DNA of 32,000 nt from Sedimentisphaera cyanobacteriorum (GTDB lineage Bacteria > Planctomycetota > Phycisphaerae > Sedimentisphaerales > Sedimentisphaeraceae), in the NCBI RefSeq assembly GCF_001997385.1, contig NZ_CP019633.1:1680001-1712000 (forward strand), written 5' to 3'. A model generated the notes under the pieces. It saw nothing but the letters and a program-made list of their open reading frames with translations, did not search any database and was not told the origin of the DNA. Positions 15,706 to 24,528 of the stretch are shown one piece after another. Within the stretch, counting starts at the first letter, position 1; each line of letters opens with the position of its first letter. A program made the position numbers and the translations under genes.

Positions 15706-17139
15706 ATGGATTTATCGCCTGCATTAAAATATCTCAAATCAATCGCCAATCCGCGTGTAACCAGCGATTCCCGTGAGGTTCAAAGCGGCGATTTGTTTGC
15801 AGCAGTTAAGGGCGGTCTCGCAGACGGACATAACTTTATTCGGCAGGCCGAGCAGAACGGAGCAGGCTTTATTGTTTATCAAAACGGCAATTTCACGCCT
15901 GGAACGCCCTCTCTTAAAATAGAGAATTCCCGCAAGGCCCTTGGAATCCTCTCCAACTTTGCCTGCGGAAATCCATCGGATAAACTCTGCTGCCTCGCTG
16001 TTACCGGCACAAACGGGAAAACAACCACTGCCTCGCTTTCCAAACAGCTGCTGGAAAAGGCAGGAATAAAGACAGGACTGATTGGAACGGTATGGAACGA
16101 TCTATGCGGCAGCGAGGGGAAAAGCCAGGCGTTTATGACTACCCCTCCTGCCGACTCTTTATCCAGAATGCTGCAAAAAACAGCAAAAAATGGGGGGAAA
16201 GCTGTTTGCATAGAGGCAAGCAGTCATGCCCTCGATCAGGAAAGGCTCGCTGGGGTGAAGATTGAAGCCGCTGCTTTTACCAACCTCTCCGGCGAACATT
16301 TAGACTACCACAAAACGCTGGAGAATTATTTCGCCGCAAAGAAAAAGCTTTTCCACCGCAAACCGCCGATTTCCACTGCTGTAATAAATCTGGACTCACC
16401 GGAAGGCAGGCAGCTTGCAGGGGAACTGGAGTGCAGAGTAATCGGATATTCGCTGAAAAACAGCAAAGAAGCAGCGATGAGAGCAAAAGAGGTGAGCTTT
16501 TCGCCGTCTTCTGCCCGCTTCAAGCTATGCTGGGACGGCAGGGAATTGCCAGTGCAAACCCGAATGACAGGCCGCTTCAATATCAGCAATCAGCTTGCTG
16601 CAGCAGGGCTTGCTTTGGCAGCAGGGCTGGATATCGAACAAATCGCTCAGGGTTTGAAAAAATGCGCCCCGCCAAAGGGCAGGCTCGAGAGAGTGCCGAA
16701 TGAAAAAGGGCTGAACGTGTTTGTGGATTATGCCCATACCGACGATGCCCTTGAAAATGTGCTGAGAACCCTTCGGGGAGTAACCGAAGGAAGGCTGATT
16801 ACGGTTTTCGGGTGCGGAGGGTGCAGAGATAAGGCCAAGAGGCCTCGTATGGCAGAGGTAAGCGAAAGGTATTCGGATGTCTCTATCATCACAAACGACA
16901 ACCCCCGAACAGAAGACCCCGATAAAATACTCGATGAGATAAGCGAGGGATTTTCATCAAATGAAAACGTTTTAAGGCTGCCGGACAGAGAAAAGGCGAT
17001 TGAGAAGGCTTTAAGCCTTGCCCGTCCTGAAGATGCCGTACTTATAGCGGGCAAGGGGCACGAAGAATATCAGGACTGCGCCGAAGGCAGGCGTGATTTC
17101 AGCGACACAAAAACAGCAAGAATGATTATGGAAAAATGA
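15706..17139 (+). CDS. murE: UDP-N-acetylmuramoyl-L-alanyl-D-glutamate--2,6-diaminopimelate ligase
   Basis: Blocks SDSREVQSGDLFAAVKGGLADGHNF, P-loop VTGTNGKTTT and the DNPR motif (ITNDNPRTEDP) associated with meso-DAP specificity. Confidence 0.95.
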   Translation: MDLSPALKYLKSIANPRVTSDSREVQSGDLFAAVKGGLADGHNFIRQAEQNGAGFIVYQNGNFTPGTPSLKIENSRKALGILSNFACGNPSDKLCCLAVTGTNGKTTTASLSKQLLEKAGIKTGLIGTVWNDLCGSEGKSQAFMTTPPADSLSRMLQKTAKNGGKAVCIEASSHALDQERLAGVKIEAAAFTNLSGEHLDYHKTLENYFAAKKKLFHRKPPISTAVINLDSPEGRQLAGELECRVIGYSLKNSKEAAMRAKEVSFSPSSARFKLCWDGRELPVQTRMTGRFNISNQLAAAGLALAAGLDIEQIAQGLKKCAPPKGRLERVPNEKGLNVFVDYAHTDDALENVLRTLRGVTEGRLITVFGCGGCRDKAKRPRMAEVSERYSDVSIITNDNPRTEDPDKILDEISEGFSSNENVLRLPDREKAIEKALSLARPEDAVLIAGKGHEEYQDCAEGRRDFSDTKTARMIMEK

Positions 17140-18524
17140 TGTTTTCTTTTAGTGAGCTGGCAGATATAGTTGGAGATGAATCCTCGAGCGAAGTGGATAA
17201 AGCTGAGATTCACGGTTTCTGCATCGATTCTCGAAAAATCACTTCCGGCGACTGCTTCATAGCGATAAAAGGCGAACAATTCGATGCAAACCGCTTTGCT
17301 GAAGAGGCACTCAGCAAGGGAGCAGCAGGGGCAGTATTAGACAATCCCGAAATTGCCCGCATTTTGAGAGAAAAATATGATAACATTCTCCTTGCTCAAA
17401 ACTCTGTAGAAGCTCTTGGTCAAATCGCCTCCGCCTGGCGGAAAAAGATAAACGCAAAGGTAATCGCTGTTACCGGCTCAGCAGGCAAAACCACAACCCG
17501 CGAGATGCTCAAGACGATCCTCTCGAAGTACCGCAGGACAAGCGGAGCGGGAAAAAGCTTCAACAACCAAATCGGCCTTCCAATAAGCATCCTCAACGCA
17601 AGAAAAGATGACGAATTTCTCGTTCTCGAGGCCGGCACTAACGCTGCCGGTGAAATAGAAAAGCTCTCAAAAATCGCAAGGCCTGATATCGCAGTTATCA
17701 CCTGCGTTCTTCATGCACATATAGAAGGTTTCGGGTCTCTGGAAAACGTTGCTCAAGAGAAAGCCTCTATAATCAAAGGACTGAAACCGCAAGGCACATT
17801 AATCTGCAAAAATCAGAAGGAGCTTAAGGATGCCCTTACTGCAAGCTCGGTGAACATACAGTATTTCTTACTGAAAAGCCGCCCTGCCGGCGGAGAAAAT
17901 GATATAGAAAGCTTTGAGATTAACAATGACAGCTCTAAAATAACAATCTGCGGAACGGAGTTCCAAATTCCGCTTCCGGGCAGAGGCAATCTCGAGAATT
18001 TTCTCGCCGCAAGGCTTGCAGCAATCCGCTGCGGACTAAGCGATGAACAGATAAAAGAAGCTTCCCGAGGATTAAAAACCGAAGGCGGAAGGCTCGAGAT
18101 TATCCGCTGCGGACAGGCGGCAGTAATAAATGACTGCTACAATTCGAATCCGGGCTCGCTTGCAAATGCTGCTGAGGTTCTTGCCTCGCAGAACCAAGAG
18201 GTTAAGATTGCTGCTGCAGGCGATATGAAGGAGCTGGGAGAAAGCTCGGAGGAGTTTCATATTCAGGCGGGCAGAAAGCTCAGAGAGGCCGGCGCTGACA
18301 AGCTGTTTGCCTTTGGCGTTTTTGCAGGCAGTATCGTTGAGGGATTCGGAGCAGAGGCAGGGATGGCTTTTAATGATTACGAAGCTCTTGAGAGCTCTCT
18401 TTTGGAGGAGCTGAAAGGAAACGAAGCACTGCTAATAAAAGGCTCCCGTTCCATGCGGCTTGAAAGGCTTATAGAGCCTTTAATAAGCAGAATTGAAAAT
18501 ATAAACTCATATTCAAAGGGTTAA
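17136..18524 (+). CDS. murF: UDP-N-acetylmuramoyl-tripeptide--D-alanyl-D-alanine ligase
   Basis: ATGA overlap with murE. Blocks IDSRKITSGDCFIAIKGEQFDANRF, P-loop VTGSAGKTTT and DCYNSNP. Confidence 0.9.
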   Translation: MMFSFSELADIVGDESSSEVDKAEIHGFCIDSRKITSGDCFIAIKGEQFDANRFAEEALSKGAAGAVLDNPEIARILREKYDNILLAQNSVEALGQIASAWRKKINAKVIAVTGSAGKTTTREMLKTILSKYRRTSGAGKSFNNQIGLPISILNARKDDEFLVLEAGTNAAGEIEKLSKIARPDIAVITCVLHAHIEGFGSLENVAQEKASIIKGLKPQGTLICKNQKELKDALTASSVNIQYFLLKSRPAGGENDIESFEINNDSSKITICGTEFQIPLPGRGNLENFLAARLAAIRCGLSDEQIKEASRGLKTEGGRLEIIRCGQAAVINDCYNSNPGSLANAAEVLASQNQEVKIAAAGDMKELGESSEEFHIQAGRKLREAGADKLFAFGVFAGSIVEGFGAEAGMAFNDYEALESSLLEELKGNEALLIKGSRSMRLERLIEPLISRIENINSYSKG

Positions 18525-18527
18525 GAT

Positions 18528-19673
18528 ATGCTCTTCCATTTACTGAACCTTTTCAGAGAACAGCTCGAATCATTAGGCTTCTACGCCTATCAGGAAGTAA
18601 CATTCCGGGGTCTGCTTGCAATGATAACCAGCTTCCTTGTAACATTCATCTTCGGCAAGCGTATAATCAAATGGCTGCTTTCGATGAAGATAAAGGACGT
18701 GCCGGATTTCAACACTAAGGCTCTCAATGAGTGTATGAAGAACAAACGCAACACTCCCACGATGGGCGGCATAATCATTTTGCTCTCAATCTTCGCAGGC
18801 ACGCTTCTCTGGGCAAGGCTGGACAATCCCTTTGTCCGCAAGGCGATGTTTATTATGATATGGTTCGGCCTTCTTGGCGGCGTTGACGACTGGCTCAAGC
18901 TCAAGCAGAAGGGCAAAACACGAGACGGCCTTCTCACGCACGAAAAGGCAATATTTCAGATAGCCGGCGCGCTTCTTGTATCGCTGTTTGTATATTTTGA
19001 TCTGGAAAACATCCCCGATGCCCCGATGCTGTGGCTGCCGTTCTACAAGCAGGGAATACACCTTCCTGTATGGCTTTTCGTTATCCTCGCATTCTGCTAC
19101 ATAACAGCAACGAGCAACGCAGTGAACCTAACAGACGGTATGGACGGGCTCGCTGCCGGATGCACGGCGGTTGTAGCAGCCTCGCTGGCGTTTTTGTGTT
19201 TTGTAGCAAGCGAGAAGATGGGCAGAGGCAGTGATATGTACTGGGCGAAGTATCTCCTGCTTCCGCATATACCGCAGGCGGGAGAGCTTTCGGTTTTTTT
19301 CGCCTCAATGTTCGGAGCGATTCTCGGCTTCCTCTGGTACAACTGCAGTCCTGCGATGGTATTTATGGGCGATACCGGCTCGCTCCCGCTCGGAGCGGCT
19401 GTAGGATACGGCGCACTCGTAACCCGAAATGAAGTTCTGCTTCTGATAATCGGCGGAGTATTTATGATGGAGCTCTTCAGCGTGATGCTGCAAGTGGGAT
19501 ACTTTAAATACACCAAACACAAGTTCGGCAAGGGAAGGCGTGTATTCGAATGCGCCCCACTGCACCACCATTTCAACCTCAAGGGCTGGAAAGAAGAGCA
19601 GGTGGTTGTTCGATTCTGGCTGATTGGGGCAATCTGCGCCGCTATCGCTATGCTGACACTGAAAATCAGATAA
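18528..19673 (+). CDS. mraY: phospho-N-acetylmuramoyl-pentapeptide transferase
   Basis: Polytopic membrane protein with KRNTPTMGG, NAVNLTDGMDGLA, MGDTGSLPLG and APLHHHF signature blocks. Confidence 0.97.
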   Translation: MLFHLLNLFREQLESLGFYAYQEVTFRGLLAMITSFLVTFIFGKRIIKWLLSMKIKDVPDFNTKALNECMKNKRNTPTMGGIIILLSIFAGTLLWARLDNPFVRKAMFIMIWFGLLGGVDDWLKLKQKGKTRDGLLTHEKAIFQIAGALLVSLFVYFDLENIPDAPMLWLPFYKQGIHLPVWLFVILAFCYITATSNAVNLTDGMDGLAAGCTAVVAASLAFLCFVASEKMGRGSDMYWAKYLLLPHIPQAGELSVFFASMFGAILGFLWYNCSPAMVFMGDTGSLPLGAAVGYGALVTRNEVLLLIIGGVFMMELFSVMLQVGYFKYTKHKFGKGRRVFECAPLHHHFNLKGWKEEQVVVRFWLIGAICAAIAMLTLKIR

Positions 19674-19856
19674 TCCGCTGCCGCTGTTAAGCTGCTCAAT
19701 GAGGGTTTGAAGGCTTCTTTATAAGATGCAGAACCCTTCGTAAAACCAGGCAGGCTGAGCCCTGACTGAAACTAAGCTTTGCGCAGAAATCACTTGTAAC
19801 AGGTGGCTCGGGTAATAGAATGTTTCCTCTAAACTCGATTTTAAAAGAAGCAGAAA

Positions 19857-21029
19857 ATGTTTATACCTATTAAAACAGATGTAAGAATAACAAAGCCGCC
19901 GCTGATGAACTATTTCCTCATTGCGGTTTGCATTGCTGTATTTCTGGCTACATACTCGCCGGTGGAGGTGAAGTATGGGTATAAAACGTTTGTCGAACCG
20001 CTCAAGCCCTGGGCGGATACCTTCGTGCTTCACTCAGACCAGCCTAAGGTTTGGCAGTTTATCACTTATGCCTTCCTGCATTCGAATATAGTTCATATAG
20101 CGGGGAATATGTTTTTCCTGTTTCTCTTCGGGAACAAAATAAACTACCGGCTCGGACACATCGGCTATCTTTGCTTTTTTATATCCGGTGCGATATTCGC
20201 TGCAGTTGGATATTCTTACCTGCACGAAACTGCTATGCTCGGAGCGAGCGGGGCTGTAGCTGCGGTTACCGGCGCGTACCTTATCCTGTACCCCCGGAGC
20301 AATATTACGCTTATGGGGTGGCTGTTTTTCTACACTTTCCCAATACCTGCATTCTGGTTTATACTTGTGAAGATGGTTCTGATTGACAATGTAATACCGG
20401 CAAATTACGTCAATTCGAAAGTAGCCTATGATGCGCATCTTTCCGGATATGCCTTTGGGGTAGTGGTTACAGGTTTTATGCTTATTACAAGACTGCTCAA
20501 GAGCGAGGGTATAGATTTTCATTATATGATAAAGCGGTGGAAAAGAGGCAGAGCCCTGAGAGATTCTCTTCAGTATGAAATGAAGGCAGCCAAAAGTATC
20601 CGGCCTGAAGGACAAAGCAGTAAATACTCCTCAGAAAGCTATAAATTGCTTAACGACAGTGAACAGCAGATTTGCAGGCTGGCAGCTGAAGGAAAAATAA
20701 AAGATGCAGCAGACAGTTATGTAAGCCTGCTGAATAATGAGCATAAAAGCGTTCTTCCGGAAAATGAGCAGCTGGATATAGCAAACAATCTGATGGGCAG
20801 GGGGAAGGCGGAGCAGGCCGAAAAGGCGTATAAGATTTTTAAGGCAAACTATCCGAACTACGAATACATAGAACATATTGAGCTTATGTTGGGCCTGCTT
20901 TATTCCAGATACCTGAACGAACCGGAAAATGCTGTAAAACAGCTTGAAAGGGCTTGTAAAAAACTCAGCGATCCGGAGCAGAAGAAGATGTGCAGCAATG
21001 AACTCAAAAAGGCTAAGAAAAAGCTTTAG
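19857..21029 (+). CDS. rhomboid-family intramembrane serine protease with a C-terminal TPR-like helical domain
   Basis: Rhomboid blocks FLHSNIVHIAGNMFFLFLFG and GASGAVAAVTGAY (GxSG catalytic Ser), with a downstream AHLSGYAFG His. The ~150-aa soluble tail is helical-repeat-like (LDIANNLMGRGKAEQAEKAYKIFKANYPNYEY...). Confidence 0.85.
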   Translation: MFIPIKTDVRITKPPLMNYFLIAVCIAVFLATYSPVEVKYGYKTFVEPLKPWADTFVLHSDQPKVWQFITYAFLHSNIVHIAGNMFFLFLFGNKINYRLGHIGYLCFFISGAIFAAVGYSYLHETAMLGASGAVAAVTGAYLILYPRSNITLMGWLFFYTFPIPAFWFILVKMVLIDNVIPANYVNSKVAYDAHLSGYAFGVVVTGFMLITRLLKSEGIDFHYMIKRWKRGRALRDSLQYEMKAAKSIRPEGQSSKYSSESYKLLNDSEQQICRLAAEGKIKDAADSYVSLLNNEHKSVLPENEQLDIANNLMGRGKAEQAEKAYKIFKANYPNYEYIEHIELMLGLLYSRYLNEPENAVKQLERACKKLSDPEQKKMCSNELKKAKKKL

Positions 21030-21043
21030 CCAAAAGGCATAAA

Positions 21044-22099
21044 ATGGAAAAAATAAACCGTTTAATAGAAAAAATAAAATCAGAACCCCCGCAGACAGAA
21101 GATCTCGCCTTTCTTCTGGCAGTGGAAGATAAAACTGAAATGCAGAAAATATTCGACTCTGCCGACCAAGTGCGGCGGGAGTATTGCGGAGACGGAATCC
21201 TCGTACGCGGGATAATTGAATACACAAATTACTGCCGAAACAGGTGCCTTTACTGCGGGCTGAATAAAAACAACGAATCTATAGAGCGTTATCGGCTTGG
21301 AAAAAATGAGATACTCGAATCTGCGGAGATTATTCACAAATGCGGCGTAAAAACCGCAGTTCTTCAGGGCGGGGAAGACCCAGAGATAAGCCCTGATTTT
21401 ATTGCTGAAATTGTAAGCGAGATAAAGACGAGATTCGGACTCGCTGTAACACTCTCCTCAGGCGAATGGGAAAGAGAAGTTTACAAGCTCTGGAAGGATG
21501 CCGGCGCAGACAGGTATCTTTTGAAGATTGAAACTACGGACAAAAAGCTATATGAAAAGTATCATCCTGAGATGAGCTTTAAAAACAGGCTCAGATGCCT
21601 TGAAGACCTTATAGACCTCGGCTATCAGGCCGGCAGCGGAAGCCTCGTTGGCCTGAAAGGCCAAACCCCTGAGATACTCGCAAAAGACATCCTCTTCTTT
21701 AATCGATACGGATTTGATATGCTCGGAATGGGGCTTTTCATCCCGCACAAACAAACCGAGCTTAGGTCAGAAAAGATCGGCAGCCTTGATATGACGCTCA
21801 AAATGCTCGCCCTTACCCGAATAGTTACGAAAAATACGCACCTGCCCGCAACCACGGCTACCGCAAGCTTCTCAGACCGCGACCGAAGGCTCGATGCCCT
21901 CAGGGCCGGGGCGAATGTGATAATGCCGAACTTCACGCCCGGGGACGTAAAAAAGCTCTACGAGATATACCCGGGCAAAAAATGCCTTACAGAGGAAGGC
22001 GTCAGTCCTGTAGATACAGTAAGGCAGCTTGCAGATAAGACCGGAAGATTTGTGGATCTCTCTTACGGACATACACTGAAATGGGAGTATCAGCAATGA
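21044..22099 (+). CDS. hydE: radical-SAM [FeFe]-hydrogenase maturase HydE-like protein
   Basis: CX3CX2C motif in NYCRNRCLYCGL. Long collinear similarity to Thermotoga HydE as I remember it: VLQGGEDP, VTLSSGEW, GADRYLLKIET, SFKNRL, GSGSLVGLKGQT, FDMLGMGLFIPH, LPATTA, GANVIMPNFTP..LYEIYPGK. A BioB/PylB-type paralogue is not excluded. Confidence 0.8.
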   Translation: MEKINRLIEKIKSEPPQTEDLAFLLAVEDKTEMQKIFDSADQVRREYCGDGILVRGIIEYTNYCRNRCLYCGLNKNNESIERYRLGKNEILESAEIIHKCGVKTAVLQGGEDPEISPDFIAEIVSEIKTRFGLAVTLSSGEWEREVYKLWKDAGADRYLLKIETTDKKLYEKYHPEMSFKNRLRCLEDLIDLGYQAGSGSLVGLKGQTPEILAKDILFFNRYGFDMLGMGLFIPHKQTELRSEKIGSLDMTLKMLALTRIVTKNTHLPATTATASFSDRDRRLDALRAGANVIMPNFTPGDVKKLYEIYPGKKCLTEEGVSPVDTVRQLADKTGRFVDLSYGHTLKWEYQQ

Positions 22100-23103
22100 A
22101 AGTGTTTAAGGTTGATGAAAGCTTTCAGTCCAAAGCCAAAAGCATTCTCACAATAGGAAATTTCGACGGCATCCACAGAGGCCACAGGCATATAATAAAT
22201 AAATGTTTTGAAGCGGCAGAAGAATTAGATGCAGAGAAAATTACCGCGGTAACATTCGAGCCGCATCCTGTTTACCTTCTCAAACCCGATAAAGCTCCGA
22301 AGATAATTACCCCGCTAGAGATGAAGGCGAACCTTCTGGAAAAGGCTGGGGTTGATGAGCTCGCTGTTATTACAGACAGCACTCGGCTTTTAAATATGGC
22401 ACCGGAAGAATTTGCCAAGGATTTTCTTACCGGCAGATTCAATCCTGCAGCTATAGTAGAGGGGTGCGATTTTCGCTTCGGATACTCAAGGAGCGGCGAT
22501 ATAGACACGCTGAAGGAGTTAGGGAAAGTTCACGGCTTCAGGGCCTGCTGCGAAGAGCTTGCCGAGTTAGAATTCTCGGTAGGCAGGCGAAGGGTTTCAA
22601 GCTCTTTGATACGTGGATTTATCGAACAGGGGCTTGCAGAGGATGCTATGAAAGCTCTATGGCGTCCTTATAGGCTCATAGGCGAAGTTGTACCGGGGCG
22701 CGGGATTGGCCGCCAGATTGGTTTCCCAACAGCGAATATCAATCCGACTATGCAGATACGCCCTTCGGACGGAGTTTATACAGGATTTGTGCAGATAGGG
22801 GAAAGCCGTGAGGAGGTTTGCAGGATAGACAGGCAAAAGCTTCAGCCTTCAGTTTACAGCATCGGGCGGGCAAGAACCTTTGAACAAGGTAACCCCATCC
22901 TGACAGAAGCGCACCTTCTGCAAAGCAGCAGGGAGCTTGAGGAAGGCCTTGAAGGAAGATGGATGGCTATGGACTTTATCGCAAAGCTGCGTGAGCAGAG
23001 GGTGTTCCCGAATAAGGATAAGCTCGCAGAGCAGATAGATGCAGACTGCCGCAGAGCAGAAAAAATCCTCTCTGAAGATAAAAAAAGCTTATACAATGAT
23101 TGA
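22096..23103 (+). CDS. ribF: bifunctional riboflavin kinase / FAD synthetase
   Basis: Start placed at ATG 22096 (ATGA overlap with hydE). FAD-synthetase motif GNFDGIHRGH. Kinase module GRGIGRQIGFPTANI and LTEAHLL. Confidence 0.92.
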   Translation: MKVFKVDESFQSKAKSILTIGNFDGIHRGHRHIINKCFEAAEELDAEKITAVTFEPHPVYLLKPDKAPKIITPLEMKANLLEKAGVDELAVITDSTRLLNMAPEEFAKDFLTGRFNPAAIVEGCDFRFGYSRSGDIDTLKELGKVHGFRACCEELAELEFSVGRRRVSSSLIRGFIEQGLAEDAMKALWRPYRLIGEVVPGRGIGRQIGFPTANINPTMQIRPSDGVYTGFVQIGESREEVCRIDRQKLQPSVYSIGRARTFEQGNPILTEAHLLQSSRELEEGLEGRWMAMDFIAKLREQRVFPNKDKLAEQIDADCRRAEKILSEDKKSLYND

Positions 23104-23728
23104 GCTGAAAAATATAACAGCAAAAAACGCTGATGCACTGATCCTCGATAATGTGAGCTTCTCTTTTAAGCAAGGCAGACGATATGTGATTTCCGGAGCG
23201 TCCGGTTCGGGAAAGACATCGCTTCTGATGGCAATCGCAGGCATTCTTCCGGCATTTGAAGGCCAGATTCTCTTTGAAGGCGAAAAGATTGATCATTTCT
23301 CTATAGGCAAACTGAGAAGAAAGATAGGATTTGTATCTCAGGAACCCGAGCTCGGCAGCACTGCGGCCATTGAAGCCGTGCTAAAGCCTTTCGAATTCAA
23401 GGCGAATAAACATAAAATGCCTCCGAGGGAGAAAGTGGAGCAGCTTGCTGAAAAACTCGCTCTGGATAAATCAATCCTGCAAAAGAAAAACAAATTCATC
23501 TCAGGCGGGGAGAAGCAGCGGTTAGCTCTAATAAGGGCGATTCTTCTTGAGAAAGACGTTCTTCTTCTGGATGAACCAACATCAGCCTTAGACCCCGAGA
23601 GCAAGGAAAGACTGCTCAAGCTCCTTGGCGAGAATGAATATACTGTGCTTTCTGTAAGCCACGACCCAGACTGGATCGGCTTCTGCCATGAAAAGCTTAC
23701 AATGAAGGAAGGCAGGCTGCTGATATGA
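23096..23728 (+). CDS. fetA: ABC transporter ATP-binding protein, FetA/YbbL-like
   Basis: Start at ATG 23096 (8-nt overlap with ribF). Walker A GASGSGKTS, signature ISGGEKQR, Walker B VLLLDEPTSALD. About 210 aa and paired with a FetB-type permease. Confidence 0.7.
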   Translation: MIELKNITAKNADALILDNVSFSFKQGRRYVISGASGSGKTSLLMAIAGILPAFEGQILFEGEKIDHFSIGKLRRKIGFVSQEPELGSTAAIEAVLKPFEFKANKHKMPPREKVEQLAEKLALDKSILQKKNKFISGGEKQRLALIRAILLEKDVLLLDEPTSALDPESKERLLKLLGENEYTVLSVSHDPDWIGFCHEKLTMKEGRLLI

Positions 23729-24528
23729 ACAGTCAAACGATAGAGATTGGAATCTGGAAGCTTATTTTTATGTATGCCCTGCTGATCCCGTCGCTTGCGA
23801 TAATAATCCGCTATAAGCTCGGTCTTACCAAGAGAGCTGTGATTGCGATATTTCGGATGACAGGCCAGCTTCTTCTGGTAGGGATTTTCCTGAAGTATAT
23901 CTTCCTTTTCAATAATTTTCTGCTGAATACGGCATGGCTTATGGTTATGCTCGTTGCGGCAAATCTGAGCGTTACATCAAACGCAGGTCTGAGAAAGAAA
24001 TATTTTTTTCTTCCCGTTCTCGCAGGAATCGCCATTTCCACGATAATTGTAGCCTCGTTTCTGATTATTCTGGTAATACGTCCCGAGCCGTTCTACGATG
24101 CGAGATATTTCATCCCGCTTACCGGTATGATTCTCGGCAACTCAATGCGCGGCAATGTGCTTGTGCTTGAGCGGTTCTACACGAAGATGGAAGAAAGCCG
24201 AAAGCTCTATTCAAGTTATCTGCTTATGGGAGCCACCCGCAGCGAAGCGATGAGGCCTTTTATGACCGAAGCCCTGAGAGCCTCGCTTATACCCACACTC
24301 ACAGTAATTGCTACGGTTGGCATTGTTTCTCTTCCGGGCGTTATGACAGGCCAGATTCTCGGGGGCTCTATGCCCATGACTGCAATTAAGTATCAGATTG
24401 CGATAATGATTGCGATATTCATTACTATGACCTTTACCGGCTATCTGAACCTGAAACTTACCACGCTTACAACCTTTGACAAGTTCGACAATCTCAAGCC
24501 CGATGTATTGAAAGAGCCTGAGAAATGA
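23725..24528 (+). CDS. fetB: FetB/YbbM-family (UPF0014) ABC permease, putative iron exporter
   Basis: ATGA overlap with the ATPase gene. Polytopic protein. The block VGIVSLPGVMTGQILGGSMPMTAIKYQIAIM matches my recollection of the YbbM/FetB signature. Confidence 0.65.
   Translation: MNSQTIEIGIWKLIFMYALLIPSLAIIIRYKLGLTKRAVIAIFRMTGQLLLVGIFLKYIFLFNNFLLNTAWLMVMLVAANLSVTSNAGLRKKYFFLPVLAGIAISTIIVASFLIILVIRPEPFYDARYFIPLTGMILGNSMRGNVLVLERFYTKMEESRKLYSSYLLMGATRSEAMRPFMTEALRASLIPTLTVIATVGIVSLPGVMTGQILGGSMPMTAIKYQIAIMIAIFITMTFTGYLNLKLTTLTTFDKFDNLKPDVLKEPEK

Noticed and set aside
19097-21227. Minus-strand ORFs of 200, 104, 193 and 198 aa opposite mraY, the rhomboid gene and the start of hydE
   Set aside because: All are embedded in well-supported plus-strand genes and are low-complexity (Ser/Pro/Ile/Phe-rich) with no domain signatures. 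I treat them as shadow ORFs.
21030-22099. FMN riboswitch or other leader upstream of ribF
   Set aside because: The ribF start overlaps the hydE stop (ATGA), leaving no untranslated leader. No FMN-element-like sequence was seen.
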